Shown: piece after piece, positions 1 to 13,254 of the stretch
Position numbering within the stretch: the stretch's first letter is position 1
Layout: every line of letters begins with the position of its first letter
Assembly (NCBI GenBank): GCA_030390025.1
Contig: CM059432.1
Coordinates: 146,694,001-146,758,000 of the forward strand
DNA: 64,000 bases
DNA from: Squalus acanthias
Taxonomy: Eukaryota
Direction: 5' to 3'
The notes under the pieces: generated by a model
Told to the model about the DNA's origin: nothing
The model's input: the letters and a program-made list of their open reading frames with translations, nothing else
Database searches by the model: none
Made by a program: the position numbers and the translations under genes

Positions 1-3000
1 GTGAGGGGTGGGGAGTTGGATGGGGTACAGTGTGTGTGAAGGTGGGGAGTTGGATGGGGTACAGTGTGTGTGTGAGGGTGGGGAGTTGGATGGGGTACAG
101 TGTGTGTGAAGGGTGGGGAGTTGGATGGGGTACAGTGTGTGTGTGAGGGTGGGGAGTTGGATGGGGTACAGTGTGTGTGAGAGGGTGGGGAGTTGGATGG
201 GGTACAGTGTGTGTGTGAGGGTGGGGAGTTGGATGGGGTACAGTGTGTGTGAGAGGGTGGGGAGTTGGATGGGGTACAGTGTGTGTGAGGGTGGGGAGTT
301 GGATGGGGTACAGTGTGTGTGAGAGGGTGGGGAGTTGGATGGGGTACAGTGTGTGTGAGGGTGGGGAGTTGGATGGGGTACAGTGTGTGTGAGGGTGGGG
401 AGTTGGATGGGGTACAGTGTGTGTGAGGGTGGGGAGTTGGATGGGGTACAGTGTGTGTGAGAAGGGTGGGGAGTTGGATGGGGTACAGTGTGTGTGAGAG
501 GGTGGGGAGTTGGATGGGGTACAGTGTGTGTGAGGGTGGGGAGTTGGATGGGGTACAGTGTTTGTGAGAGGGTGGGGTTTGGATGGGGTACAGTGTGTGT
601 GAAGGGTGGGGAGTTGGATGGGGTACAGTGTGTGTGTCAAAGGGTGGGGAGTTGGATGGGGTACAGTGTGTGTGTGAGGGTGGGGAGTTGGATGGGGTAC
701 AGTGTGTGTGTCAAAGGGTGGGGAGTTGGATGGGGTACAGTGTGTGTGTGAGGGTGGGGAGTTGGATGGGGTACAGTGTGTGTGTGAGGGTGGGGAGTTT
801 GATGGGGTACAGTGTGTGTGAAAGGGTGGGGAGTTGGATTGGGTACAGTGTGTGTGAGTGTGGGGAGTTGGATGGGGTACAGTGTGTGTGAAAGGGTGGG
901 GAGTTGGATGGGGTACAGTGTGTGTGAGAGGGTGGGGAGTTGGATGGGGTACAGTGTGTGTGAGAGGGTGGGGAGTTGGATGGGGTACAGTGTGTGAAAG
1001 GGTGGGGAGTTGGATGGTGTACAGTGTGTGTGTGAAAGGGTGGGGAGTTGAATGGGGTGCAGTGTCTGTGAGTGGGTGGGGAGTTGATTGGGGTGCAGTG
1101 TGTGTGAAAGGGTGGGGAGTTGGATGGGGTACAGTGAGTGTGAAAGGGTGGGGAGTTGGATGGGGTACAGTGTGTGTGAAAGGGTCGGGAGTTGGAAAGG
1201 GTACAGTGTGTGTGTGAAAGGGTGGGGAGTTGGATGGGGTGCAGTGTGTGTGTGAGGGTGGGGAGTTGGATGGGGTGCAGTGTGTGTGAGAGTGGGGAGT
1301 TGAATGGGGTACCGTGTGTGTGAAGGGTGGGGAGTTGGATGGGGTACAGTGTGTGTGAAAGGGTGGGAAGTTGAATGGGATACAGTGTGTATGAGGGTGG
1401 GGAGTTGGATGGGGTACCGTGTGTGTTTGAGGGTGGGGAATTGGATGGGGTACAGTGTGTGTGTGAGGGTGGGGAGTTGGATGGGGTACAGTGTCTGTGT
1501 GAAAGGTTGGGGAGTTGGATGGGGTGCAGTGTGTGTGTGAAAGGGTGGGGCGTTGGATGGGGATGAGTGTGTGTGAGGGTGGGGAGTTGGATGGGGTACA
1601 GTGTGTGTGAGGGTGGGGAGTTGGATGGGCTACAGTGTGTGTGAAAGGTTGGGGAGTTGGATCGGGTACAGTGTGTGTGTGAAAGGTTGGGGAGTTGAAT
1701 GGGATACAGTGTGTGTGAAAGGGTGGGGAGTTGGATCGGGTACAGTGTGTGTGTGAGGGTGGGGAGTTGGATGGGGTGCAGTGTGTGTGTGAGGGTGGGG
1801 AGTTGGATGGGGTACAGTGTGTGTGTGAAAGGGTGGGGAGTTGGATGGGTACAGTGTGTGTGTGAAGGGTGGGGAGTTGGATGGGGTACAGTGTGTGTGA
1901 GGGTGGGGAGTTGGATGGGGTACAGTGTGTGTGTGAGGGTGGGGAGTTGGATGGGGTACAGTGTGTGTGAGGGTGGGGAGTTGGATGGGGTACAGTGTGT
2001 GTGAAAGGGTGGGGAGTTGGATGGGGTACAGTGTGTGTGAAGGGTGGGGAGTTGGATGGGGTACAGTGTGTGTGAAAGGGTGGGGAGTTGGATGGGGTAC
2101 AGTGTGTGTGTAAAGGGTGGGGAGTTGGATGGGGTACAGTGTGTGTGTGAAAGGGTGGGGAGTTGGATGGGGTACAGTGTGTGTGTGAGGGTGGGGAGTT
2201 GGATGGGGTACAGTGTGTGTGTGAGGGTGGGAGTTGGATGGGGTACAGTGTGTGTGAAAGGGTGGGGAGTTGGATGGGTACAGTGTGTGTGAGGGTGGGG
2301 AGTTGGATGGGGTACAGTGTGTGTGTGAAAGGGTGGGGAGTTGGATGGGGTACAGTGTGTGTGAGAGGGTGGGGAGTTGGATGGGGTACAGTGTGTGTGA
2401 GAGGGTGTGGAGTTGGATGGGGTACAGTGTGTGGAAAGGGTGGGGAGTTGGATGGGGTACAGTGTGTGTGAAAGGGTGGGGAGTTGGATGGGGTGCAGTG
2501 TCTGTGAGTGGGTGGGGAGTTGATGGGGTGCAGTGTGTGTGAAAGGGTGGGGAGTTGGATGGGGTACAGTGTGTGTGAAAGGGTGGGGAGTTGGATGGGG
2601 TACAGTGTGTGTGAAAGGGTGGGGAGTTGGATGGGGTACAGTGTGTGTGTGAAAGGGTGGGGAGTTGGATGGGGTACAGTGTGTGTGAAGGTTGGGTAGT
2701 TGGATGGGATACAGTGTGTTTGAGGGTGGGGAGTTGGATGGGGTACAGTGTGTGTGTGAAGGGTGGGGAGTTGGATGGGGTACAGTGTGTGTTGAGGGTG
2801 GGGAGTTGGATGGGGTACAGTGTGTGTGTGAGGGTGGGGAGTTGGATGGGGTACAGTGTCTGTGTGAAAGGTTGGGGAGTTGGATGGGGTGCAGTGTGTG
2901 TGTGAAAGGGTGGGGCGTTGGATGGGATGGAGTGTGTGTGAGGGTGGGGAGTTGGATGGGGTACAGTGTGTGTGAGGGTGGGGAGTTGGATGGGCTACAG

Positions 3001-6000
3001 TGTGTGTGAAAGGTTGGGGAGTTGGATCGGGTACAGTGTGTGTGTGAAAGGTTGGGGAGTTGAATGGGATACAGTGTGTGTGAAAGGGTGGGGAGTTGGA
3101 TCGGGTACAGTGTGCATGAGGGTGGGGAGTTGGATGGGGTACAGTGTGTGTGAAAGGGTGGGGAGTTGGATCGGGAACAGTGTGTGTGTGAAAGGTTGGG
3201 GAGTTGGATCGGGTACAGTGTGTGTGTCAAAGGGTGGGGAGTTGGTTGGGGTACAGTGTGTGTGAGGGTGGGGAGTTGGATGGGGTACAGTGTGTGTGTG
3301 AGGGTGGGGAGTTGGATGGGGTACAGTGTGTGTGTGAGGGTGGGGAGTTGGATGGGGTACAGTGTGTGTGTGAGGTTGGGGAGTTGGATGGGGTACAGTG
3401 TTGTAAAGGGTGGGGAGTTGGATGGGGTACAGTGTGTGTGAGGGTGGGGAGTTGGATGGGGTACAGTGTGTGTGAGGGTGGGGAGTTGGATGGGGTACAG
3501 TGTGTGTGAAGGGTGGGGAGTTGGATGGGGTACAGTGTGTGTGTGAAAGGGTGGGGAGTTGGATGGGGTACAGTGTGTGAGGGGTGGGGAGTTGGATGGG
3601 GTACAGTGTGTGTGAAAGTGTGGGAGTTGGATGGGGTACAGTGTGTGTGTGAGGGTGGGGAGTTGGATGGGGTACAGTGTGTGTGGAGGGTGGGGAGTTG
3701 GATGGGGTACAGTGTGTGTGAGGGTGGGGAGTTGGATGGGGTACAGTGTGTGTGAGGGTGGGGAGTTGGATGGGGTACAGTGTGTGTGACGGGTGGGGAG
3801 TTGGATGGGGTACAGTGTGTGTGTGAGGGTGGGGAGTTGGATGGGGTTCAGTGTGTGTGAGGGTGGGGAGTTGGATGGGGTACAGTGTGTGTGAGGGTGG
3901 GGAGTTGGATGGGGTACAGTGTGTGTGAGGGTGGGGAGTTGGATGGGGTACAGTGTGTGTGAGGGTGGGGAGTTGGATGGGGTACAGTGTGTGTGTGAGG
4001 GTGGGGAGTTGGATGGGGTACAGTGTGTGTGAAGGGTGGGGAGTTGGATGGGGTACAGTGTGTGTGTGAGGGTGGGGAGTTGGATGGGGTACAGTGTGTG
4101 TGAGGGTGGGGAGTTGGATGGGGTACAGTGTGTGTGAGGGTGGGGAGTTGGATGGGGTACAGTGTGTGTGAAAGGGTGGGGAGTTGGATGGGGTACAGTG
4201 TGTGTGAGGGTGGGGAGTTGGATGGGGTACAGTGTGTGTGAGAGGGTGGGGAGTTGGATGGGGTACAGTGTGTGTGAGGGTGGGGAGTTGATGGGGTACA
4301 GTGTGTGTGTAAAGGGTGGGGAGTTGGATGGGGTACAGTGTGTGTGAGGGTGGGGAGTTGGATGGGGTACAGTGTGTGTGAGAGGGTGGGGAGTTGGATG
4401 GGGTACAGTGTGTGTGTGAGGGTGGGGAGTTGGATGGGGTACAGTGTGTGTGAAAGGGTGGGGAGTTGGATGGGGTACAGTGTGTGTGAGGGTGGGGAGT
4501 TGGATGGGGTACAGTGTGTGTGAGGGTGGGGAGTTGGATGGGGTACAGTGTGTGTGTGAGGGTGGGGAGTTGGATGGGGTACAGTGTGGTGTGAAAGGGT
4601 GGGGAGTTGGATGGGGTACAGTGTGTGTGAGGGTGGGGAGTTGGATGGGGTACAGTGTGTGTGAGGGTGGGGAGTTGGATGGGGTACAGTGTGTGTGTGA
4701 AAGGGTGGGGAGTTGGATGGGGTACAGTGTGTGTGAGAGGGTGGGGAGTTGGATGGGGTACAGTGTGTGTGTGAAAGGGTGGGGAGTTGGATGGGGTACA
4801 GTGTGTGAGAGGGTGGGGGAGTTGGATGGGGTACAGTGTGTGTGTGAAAGGGTGGGGAGTTGGACGGGGTTCAGTGTGTGTGAAAGTGTGGGGAGATGGA
4901 TGGGGTTCAGTGTGTGTGGGGGTGGGGAGTTGGATGGGGTACAGTGTGTGTGAAAAGGTGGGGAGTTGGATGGGGTTCAGTGTGTGTGAGGGTGGGGAGT
5001 TGGATGGGGTACAGTGTGTGTCAAAGGGTGGGGAGTTGGATGGGGTACAGTGTGTGTGTGAAAGGGTGGGGAGTTGGACGGGGTTCAGTGTGTGTGAGAG
5101 GGTGGGGAGTTGGATGGGATGCAGTGTGTGTGTGAAGGGTGGGGAGTTGGATGGGGTACAGTTTGTGTGAGAGGGTGGGGAGTTGGATGGGGTACAGTGT
5201 GTGTGAGGGTGGGGAGTTGGATGGGGTACAGTGTGTGTGAGAGGGTGGGGATTTGATGGGGTACAGTGTGTGTGAGGGTGGGGAGTTGGATGGGGTACAG
5301 TGTGTGTGAGAGGGTGGGGAGTTGGATGGGGTACAGTGTGTGTGAGGGTGGGGAGTTGGATGGGGTACAGTGTGTGTGAGAAGGGTGGGGAGTTGGATGG
5401 GGTACAGTGTGTGTGAGAGGGTGGGGAGTTGGATGGGGTACAGTGTGTGTGAGGGTGGGGAGTTGGATGGGGTACAGTGTGTGTGAGGGTGGGGAGTTGG
5501 ATGGGGTACAGTGTGTGTGAAGGGTGGGGAGTTGGATGGGGTACAGTGTGTGTGTAAGGGTGGGGAGTTGGATGGGGTACAGTGTGTGTGTAAGGGTGGG
5601 GAGTTGGATGGGGTACAGTGTGTGTGTAAGGGTGGGGAGTTGGATGGGGTACAGTGTGTGTGTGAGGGTGGGGAGTTGGATGGGGTACAGTGTGTGTGAG
5701 GGTGGGGAGTTGGATGGGGTACAGTGTGTGTGAAAGGGTGGGGAGTTGGATGGGGTACAGTGTGTGTGAGGGTGGGGAGTTGGATGGGGTACAGTGTGAG
5801 TGTGAGGGTGGGGAGTTGGATGGGGTACAGTGTGTGTGAGAGGGTGGGGAGTTGGATGGGGTACAGTGTGTGTGAGGAGGGTGGGAGTTGGATGGGGTAC
5901 AGTGTGTGAAAGGGTGGGGAGTTGGATGGTGTACAGTGTGTGTGTGTGAAAGGGTGGGGAGTTGAATGGGGTGCAGTGTCTCTGAGTGGGTGGGGAGTTG

Positions 6001-9000
6001 ATTGGGGTGCAGTGTGTGTGAAAGGGTGGGGAGTTGGATGGGGTACAGTGTGTGTGAAAGGGTGGGGAGTTGGATGGGGTACAGTGTGTGTGAAAGGGTC
6101 GGGAGTTGGAAAGGGTACAGTGTGTGTGTGAAAGGGTGGGGAGTTGGATGGGGTGCAGTGTGTGTGTGAGGGTGGGGAGTTGGATGGGGTGCAGTGTGTG
6201 TGAGAGTGGGGAGTTGGATGGGGTACAGTGTGTGTGAAAGGGTGGGGAGTTGGATGGGGTACAGTGTGTGTGAAGGGTGGGGAGTTGGATGGGTTCAGTG
6301 TGTATGAGGGTGGGGAGTTGGATGGGGTACCGTGTGTGTGAAAGGGTGGGGAGTTGGTTGGGGTACAGTGTGTGTTGAGGGTGGGGAGTTGGATGGGGTA
6401 CAGTGTGTGTGTGAGGGTGGGGAGTTGGATGGGGTACAGTGTCTGTGTGAAGGGTGGGGAGTTGGATGGGGTACAGTGTGTGTGTGAAGGGTGGGGCGTT
6501 GGATGGGGATGAGTGTGTGTGAGGGTGGGGAGTTGGATGGGGTACAGTGTGTGTGAGGGTGGGGAGTTGGATGGGCTACAGTGTGTGTGAAAGGGTGGGG
6601 AGTTGGATCGGGTACAGTGTGTGTGTGAAGGGTGGGGAGTTGGATGGGATACAGTGTGTGTGAAAGGGTGGGGAGTTGGATCGGGTACAGTGTGTGTGAG
6701 GGTGGGGAGTTGGATGGGGTGCAGTGTGTGTGAGGGTGGGGAGTTGGATCGGGAACAGTGTGTGTGTGAAAGGTTGGGGAGTTGGATCGGGTACAGTGTG
6801 TGTGAGGGTGGGGAGTTGGATGGGGTACAGTGTGTGTGTGAGGGTGGGGAAGTTGGATGGGGTACAGTGTGTGTGAGGGTGGGGAGTTGGATGGGGTACA
6901 GTGTGTGTGTGAGGGTGGGGAGTTGGATGGGGTACAGTGTCTGTGAAAGGGTGGGGAGTTGGATGGGGTACAGTGTGTGTGAAAGGGTGGGGAGTTGGAT
7001 GGGGTACAGTGTGTGTGAGGGTGGGGAGTTGGATGGGTACAGTGTCTGTGAAGGGTGGGGAGTTGGATGGGGTACAGTGTGTGTGTGAAGGGTGGGAGTT
7101 GGATGGGGTACAGTGTTGTGAGGGGTGGGGAGTTGGATGGGGTACAGTGTGTGTGTGAAAGGGTGGGAAGTTGGATGGGGTACAGTGTGTGTGAGAGGGT
7201 GGGGAGTTGGATGGGGTACAGTGTGTGTGAGGGTGGGGAGTTGGATGGGGTGCAGTGTGTGTGAGGGTGGGCGAGTTGGATGGGGTACAGTGTGTGTGAA
7301 AGGGTGGGGAGTTGGATGGGGTTCAGTGTGTGTGAGGGTGGGGAGTTGGATGGGGTACAGTGTTTGTGAAAGGGTGGGGAGTTGGATGGGGTACAGTGTG
7401 TGTGTGAAGGGTGGGCAGTTGGATGGGGTACAGTGTGTGTGAAAGGGTGGGGAGTTGGATGGGGTTCAGTGTGTGTGAGGGTGGGGAGTTGGATGGGGTA
7501 CAGTGTTTGTGAATGGGTGGGGAGTTGGATGGGATACAGTGTGTGAGGGAGTGGGGAGTTGGATGGGGTTCAGTGTGTGTGAGTGTGGGGAGTTGGATGG
7601 GGTACAGTGTTTGTGAGAGGGTGGGGAGTTGGATGGGGTACGCTGTGTGTGAGGGTGGGGAGTTGGATGGGGTTCAGTGTGTGTGAGGGTCGGGAGTTGG
7701 ATGGGGTACAGTGTGTGTGTGAAAGGGTGGCGAGTTGGGTGGGGTTCAGTGTGTGTGAGGGTGGGGTGTTGGATGGGGTACAGTGTGTGTGTCAAAGGGT
7801 GGGGAGTTGGTTGGGGTACAGTGTGTGTGTGAGGGTGGGGAGTTGGATGGGGTACAGTGTCTGTGTAAATGGTGGGGAGTTGGATGGGGTACAGTGTGTG
7901 TGAAAGGGTGGGGAGTTGGATGGGGTACAGTGTGTGTGTGTGAGGGTGGGGAGTTGGATGGGGTACAGTGTCTGTGTAAATGGTGGGGAGTTGGATGGGG
8001 TACAGTGTGTGTGTGAAAGGGTGGGGTGTTGGATGGGGTACAGTGTGTGAGGGGTGGGGAGTTGGATGGGGTACAGTGTGTGTGTGAAAGTGTGGGGAGT
8101 TGGACGGGGTTCAGTGTGTGTGAGAGGGTGGGGAGATGGATGGGGTACAGTGTGTGTGTGAGGGTGGGGAGATGGATGGGGTACAGTGTGTGTGAGGGTG
8201 GGGAGTTGGATGGGGTACAGTGTGTGTGAGAGCTTGGGGAGTTGGATGGGGTTCAGTGTGTGTGAGGGTGGGGAGTTGGATGGGATACAGTGTGTGTGTG
8301 AGGGTGGGGAGTTGGATGGGGTACAGTGTGTGTGTGAGGGTGGGGAGTTGGATGGGGTACAGCGTGTGTGTGAAAGGGTGGGGAGTTGGATGGGGTACAG
8401 TGTGTGTGTGAGGGTGGGGAGTTGGATGGGGTACAGTGTGTGTGTGAGGGTGGGGAGTTGGATGGGGTAAAGTGTGTGAGAGGGTGGGGAGTTGGATGGG
8501 GTACAGTGTGTGTGAGGGTGGGGAGTTGGATGGGGTACAGTGTGTGTGAGGGTGGGGAGTTGGATGGGGTACAGTGTGTGTGAGAGGGTGGGGAGTTGGA
8601 TGGGGTACAGTGTGTGTGTGAGGGTGGGGAGTTGGATGGGGTACAGTGTGTGTGTGAGGGTGGGGAGTTGGATGGGGTACAGTGTGTGTGAGGGTGGGGA
8701 GTTGGATGGGGTACAGTGTGTGAGGGTGGGGAGTTGGATGGGGTACAGTGTGTGTGAAAGGGTGGGGAGTTGGATGGGGTACAGTGTGTGTGAGGGTGGG
8801 GAGTTGGATGGGGTACAGTGTGTGTGAGGGTGGGGAGTTGGATGGGGTACAGTGTGTGTGTGAGAGGGTGGGGAGTTGGATGGGGTACAGTGTGTGTGTG
8901 AAAGGGTGGGGAGTTGGATGGGGTACAGTGTGTGTGAGGGTGGGGAGTTGGATGGGGTACAGTGTGTGTGAAAGGGTGGGGAGTTGAATGGGGTACAGTG

Positions 9001-10880
9001 TGTGTGAGGGTGGGGAGTTGGATGGGGTACAGTGTGTGTGTGAGGGTGGGGAGTTGGATGGGGTACAGTGTGTGTGAAAGGGTGGGGAGTTGCATGGGGT
9101 ACAGTGTGTGTGAGAGGGTGGGGAGTTGGATGGGGTACAGTGTGTGTGAGGGACGGGAGTTGGATGGGGTACAGTGCGTGTGTCAAAGGGTGGGGCGTTG
9201 GATGGGGTACAGTGTGTGTGAGAGGGTGGGGAGTTGGATGGGGTACAGTGTGTGTGTCAAAGCGTGGGGAGTTGGTTGGGGTACAGTGTGTGTGAGGGTG
9301 GGGAGTTGGATGTGGTACAGTGTGTGTGTGAGGGTGGGGAGTTGGATGGGGTACAGTGTGTGTGAGAGGTGGGGTGTTGGATGGGGTACAGTGTGTGTGT
9401 GAAAGGGTGGGGAGTTGGATGGGGTACAGTGTATGTGAAGGGTGGGGAGTTGGATGGGGTACAGTGTGTGTGAGGGTGGGGAGTTGGATGGGGTACAGTT
9501 TGTGTGAGAGGGTGGGGAGTTGGATGGGGTACAATGTGTGTGTGAAGGGTGGGGAGTTGGACGGGGTTCAGTGTGTGTGAGAGGGTGGGGAGTTGGATGG
9601 GATGCAGTGTGTGTGTGAGGGTGGGGAGTTGGATGGGGTACAGTGTGTGTGAGAGGGTGGGGAGTTGGATGGGGTACAGTGTGTGTGAAGGGTGGGGAGT
9701 TGGATGGGGTACAGTGTGTGTGAGAGGTTGGGGAGTTGGATGGGGTACAGTGTGTGTGAGAGGGTGGGGAGTTGGATGGGGTACAGTGTGTGTGTGAAAG
9801 GGTGGGGAGTTGGATGGGGTACAGTGTGTGTGAGAGGGTGGGGAGTTGGATGGGGTACAGTGTGTGTAAGAGGGTGTGGAGTTGGATGGGGTACAGTGAG
9901 TGAAAGGGTGGGGAGTTGGATGGTGTACAGTGTGTGTGAAAGGGTCGGGAGTTGGATGGGGTACAGTGTGTGTGTGAGGGTGGGGAGTTGGATGGGGTAC
10001 AGTGTGTGTGTGAGGGTGGGGAGTTGGATGGGGTACAGTGTGTGTGTGAAAGGGTGGGGAGTTGGATGGGGTGCAGTGTGTGTGTGAGGGTGGGGAGTTG
10101 GATGGGGTGCAGTGTGTGTGAGAGTGGGGAGTTGAATGGGGTACAGTGTGTGTGAAAGGGTGGGGAGTTGGATGGGGTACAGTGTGTGTGAAAGGGTGGG
10201 GAGTTGAATGGGATACAGTGTGTGTGAGGGTGGGGAGTTGGATGGGCTACAGTGTGTGTGAAAGGTTGGGGAGTTGGATCGGGTACAGTGTGTGTGTGAA
10301 AGGTTGGGGAGTTGGATGGGGTACAGTGTGTGTGAGGGTGGGGAGTTGGATGGGGTGCAGTGTGTGTGAGAGTGGGGAGTTGAATGGGGTACAGTGTGTG
10401 TGAAAGGGTGGGGAGTTGGATGGGGTACAGTGTGTGTGAAAGGGTGGGGAGTTGAATGGGATACAGTGTGTGTGAGGGTGGGGAGTTGGATGGGTTACAG
10501 TGTGTGTGAGAGGGTGGGGAGTTGGATGGGGTGCAGTGTGTGTGAAAGGGTGGGGAGTTGGATGGGGTACAGTGTGTGTGAAAGGGTGGGGAGTTGGATC
10601 GGGTACAGTGTGTGTGTGAAAGGTTGGGGAGTTGGATCGGGTACAGTGTGTGTGTGAAAGGTTGGGGGGTTGGATCGGGTACAGTGTGTGTGTGAAAGGT
10701 TGGGGAGTTGGATGGGGTACAGTGTGTGTGAAAGGGTGGGGAGTTGGATGGGGTACAGTGTGTGTGTGAAAGGGTGGGGAGTTGGATGGGGTACAGTGTG
10801 TGTGTGAAGGGTGGGGAGTTGGATGGGGTACAGTGTGTGTGTGACAGGTTGGGGAGTTGAATGGGGTGCAGTGTCTCTGA
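1..10880 (+). repeat. G-rich minisatellite array, unit GAGGGTGGGGAGTTGGATGGGGTACAGTGTGTGT (34 bp core, ~34-38 bp with variable GT/GA/AA), about 300 copies, runs off the window start
   Basis: Directly visible tandem unit; all ORFs in this interval are translations of the unit (RVGSWMGYSVC / GGELDGVQCV / HTLYPIQLPTL). Confidence 0.98.
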
Positions 10881-10912
10881 GAGAGTGGTAGGACAGTTGG
10901 AAGCTTGGTTTT

Positions 10913-11048
10913 AGTTCTCATCAAATTGACGGCACCTCTGATAGTGCAGCTCTCCCTCAATACTGCACTGAAGTGTCGGCCTGTATTATGCGCTCAAGTC
11001 TGGGAGTGGTACATGAACCTTCGCTCCCAGAGGTGAGAATGCTACTAC
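10913..11048 (-). mobile_element. 5' fragment of tRNA-derived DeuSINE (SacSINE1-like)
   Basis: Reverse complement matches the head of the SINE at 15098-15540 (gacggcacctctgatagtgcagc...ctcaagtct..gagtgg). Confidence 0.75.
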
Positions 11049-11065
11049 TGATCTTGAATGTTGAC

Positions 11066-11717
11066 ATAAGCTCCATTTCAACTCGGCGCGAGTCACGCGG
11101 GCAAGGGGCTGAGGCGGACACTGACCATCCCGACCTTGGCGGTGCGACTCTGGGGGGGATCTTAACTTCTGGGCATCATCGGCATGGTCAGTCAGTCACT
11201 CGCTTCCAAACGACAGCAAGCAACAGCTGGCCAGCGGGCAGGAGCGGGCGATTGGGCGACAGAAGGAACAGTCCCCAGCACTCGGGTAAGTGACTGAGAG
11301 GACTTTTGGGAGGGCCCGGATCAGTGGGTAAGCCAACGGCAGGGAAGACCTAAACTATCCTTGTGGGGCCCGGAGATGCAGTCCTGCTCCCTCTGGCTCC
11401 ACAAAAAAAAGAAAGGCCCTTCCATTTTTGGTGCTCTTTTGGCCCCAACTCCTCTTTCCGCAGGGTTGGCCTGGTGGGGAGGCTGCAATGGCTTTCCCGC
11501 GCAGACCTTCGGTTAAAATTGCGGTTGTGCACCGATGACATCATTGTAGCCTGATCTGCATATTCAAAGAACGATCCCATTGGTGGCTGTCCCTCTTGCC
11601 TGCTCAGAAGGGCAGGTTAAAATCAGAACCCACGGGAAGACAACGGGGGCTTGGCAGGCAAGTCGCACGGCTGATTTTAACCACCGCCCTCCCAGTTTCC
11701 GGGTTAATATTGGCCCG
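11066..11717. mobile_element. Non-autonomous DNA transposon(s), Harbinger-type MITE, possibly nested
   Basis: GC-rich block with ggttaaaatc / gattttaacc inverted motifs and a ...ttaatattggccc end; no coding capacity. Confidence 0.45.
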
Positions 11718-11724
11718 ATAGTTT

Positions 11725-12362
11725 ATTCATCAACCACTAACCCTGGAAGTGAATTCTACAGCTTGACAACTCTCTGTGCATCGAAGTTTCTCTCACTCTC
11801 TGTTCTCAATCTCTCGCATTTAATCTTGTATCTATAGCCCCTTGTTGTAGACTTTTTAGCTACTGGAAACAGTACTCCAGCTGAAGTTTTTTCAATGTCC
11901 CTCTTGTGATAAAATGTCGAATTCCATTAGCTTCTTTTACAGACTAATCTCCTTTAATATCCCCTGAACCTGTAGCCCCAAACCCTCTTCTCTTCCACAG
12001 CACTGAGCCTATTTCCATTCAGAGTATAATTACTGCTATTCTTTACTAAAATGCATCACCTCACATTTAATGACATTGAATTCAATCCATCACATTCGAG
12101 CCCATTCTCCCATCTTATCATTATCACTTTACAGCTTCCTTTGGTCTTCCATACAATTAATGATGCCTGCTATGGTGGTATCATCAAACCACTCCCTCTA
12201 GGCCTATATCTAAATCAGAAGAGGACTCAGAACTGCACCCTGTGGGACACCAATACCCTTTTCCAGCCACACTGGAAAAAACTGCCCTTAATGTCTATTC
12301 TCTGTTTTCGCTCCTCCAACCAATTTGTGATCCAGTTTGCTGTCCTCCCCCTAATTCCATAC
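11725..12362 (-). mobile_element. Old, fragmented CR1 LINE ORF2 remnants
   Basis: Minus-strand translation GIRGRTANWITNWLEERKQRIDIKG resembles the CR1 RT region seen intact at 62078-63406. Confidence 0.6.
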
Positions 12363-12364
12363 CC

Positions 12365-13135
12365 TCCAGCTCCATCCCTCTCCCTGGTCACTTTCTGAGG
12401 CTGAACCAGACCGTTCGCAACATTGGCGTCCGATTTGACCCTGAAATGAGCTTCCGACAACACATCCGCTCCATCACCAAGACCGCCTGTTTCCATCGCC
12501 CATCTCCACCCCTGCCTCAGCTCATCTGCTGCTGAAACCATCATCCATGCCTTTGTTACCTCTAGACTTGACTATTCCAATGCTCTCGAGGGCCAGCCTT
12601 CCATCTTCCACCCTACTTAAACTTGAACTCATCCAAAACTTTGCTGCCATATCCTAACTCGCACCAACCCTGTTCACTCATCAACCCTGTGCTCGCTAAC
12701 TTACATTACCTCCCAGTTGAGCAAAGCCTCAATTTTAAAATTCTCATCCTTGTTTTCAAATCCCTCCATGGTCTTGCCCCTCCCTATCTCGGTACCTCCT
12801 CCAGCCCTACAACCCTCCGAGATATCTGCACTCCGCCAATTCTGGCCTCTCGCACATCCCCGATTTTAATCGCTCCACCATTGGTGGCCGTGCCTTCAGC
12901 TGCCTATGCCCTAAGCTCTTGAATTCCCTCCCTAAACCACTCCCCCTCTCTACCTCTCTTTCCTCCTTTGAGACGCTCCTTAAAACCTACCTCTTTGACC
13001 AAGCTTTTGGTCATCTGCCCTAATATCTCCTTATGTGGTGGCTCAGTGTCAAATTTTGTTTGATAACGCTCTTGTGAAACACCTTGGGATGTTTTACTAT
13101 GTTAAAGGCGCTATATAAATGCAAGTTGTTGTTGC
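12365..13135 (+). mobile_element. L2-clade LINE, 3' fragment
   Basis: LNQTVRNIGVRFDPEMSFRQHIRSITKTACFH...; PVLANLHYLPVEQSLNFKILILVFKSLHGLAPPYL; tail aaaggcgctatataaatgcaagttgttgttg. Confidence 0.88.
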
Positions 13136-13254
13136 TATTGTTTAATCTTCTCGAGTAATCTCCTCTGTGGCATTTTCTAAAAGGAGTTTTGAGTGTTGCT
13201 GTATAATGAAATGTGGTTGAGATCGAATGGGGAGAATTATTGTTCTTCTGTACA

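Noticed and set aside
711..9534. 839-aa, 580-aa and other His/Thr/Pro-rich ORFs
   Set aside because: Translations of the minisatellite; unit length varies by 1-2 nt so the peptide phase shuffles, with no sign of frame maintenance
1..10880. CRISPR array, telomere repeat or immunoglobulin switch region
   Set aside because: No unique spacers or cas genes, no TTAGGG arrays, no AGCT-rich units and no Ig constant exons in the window
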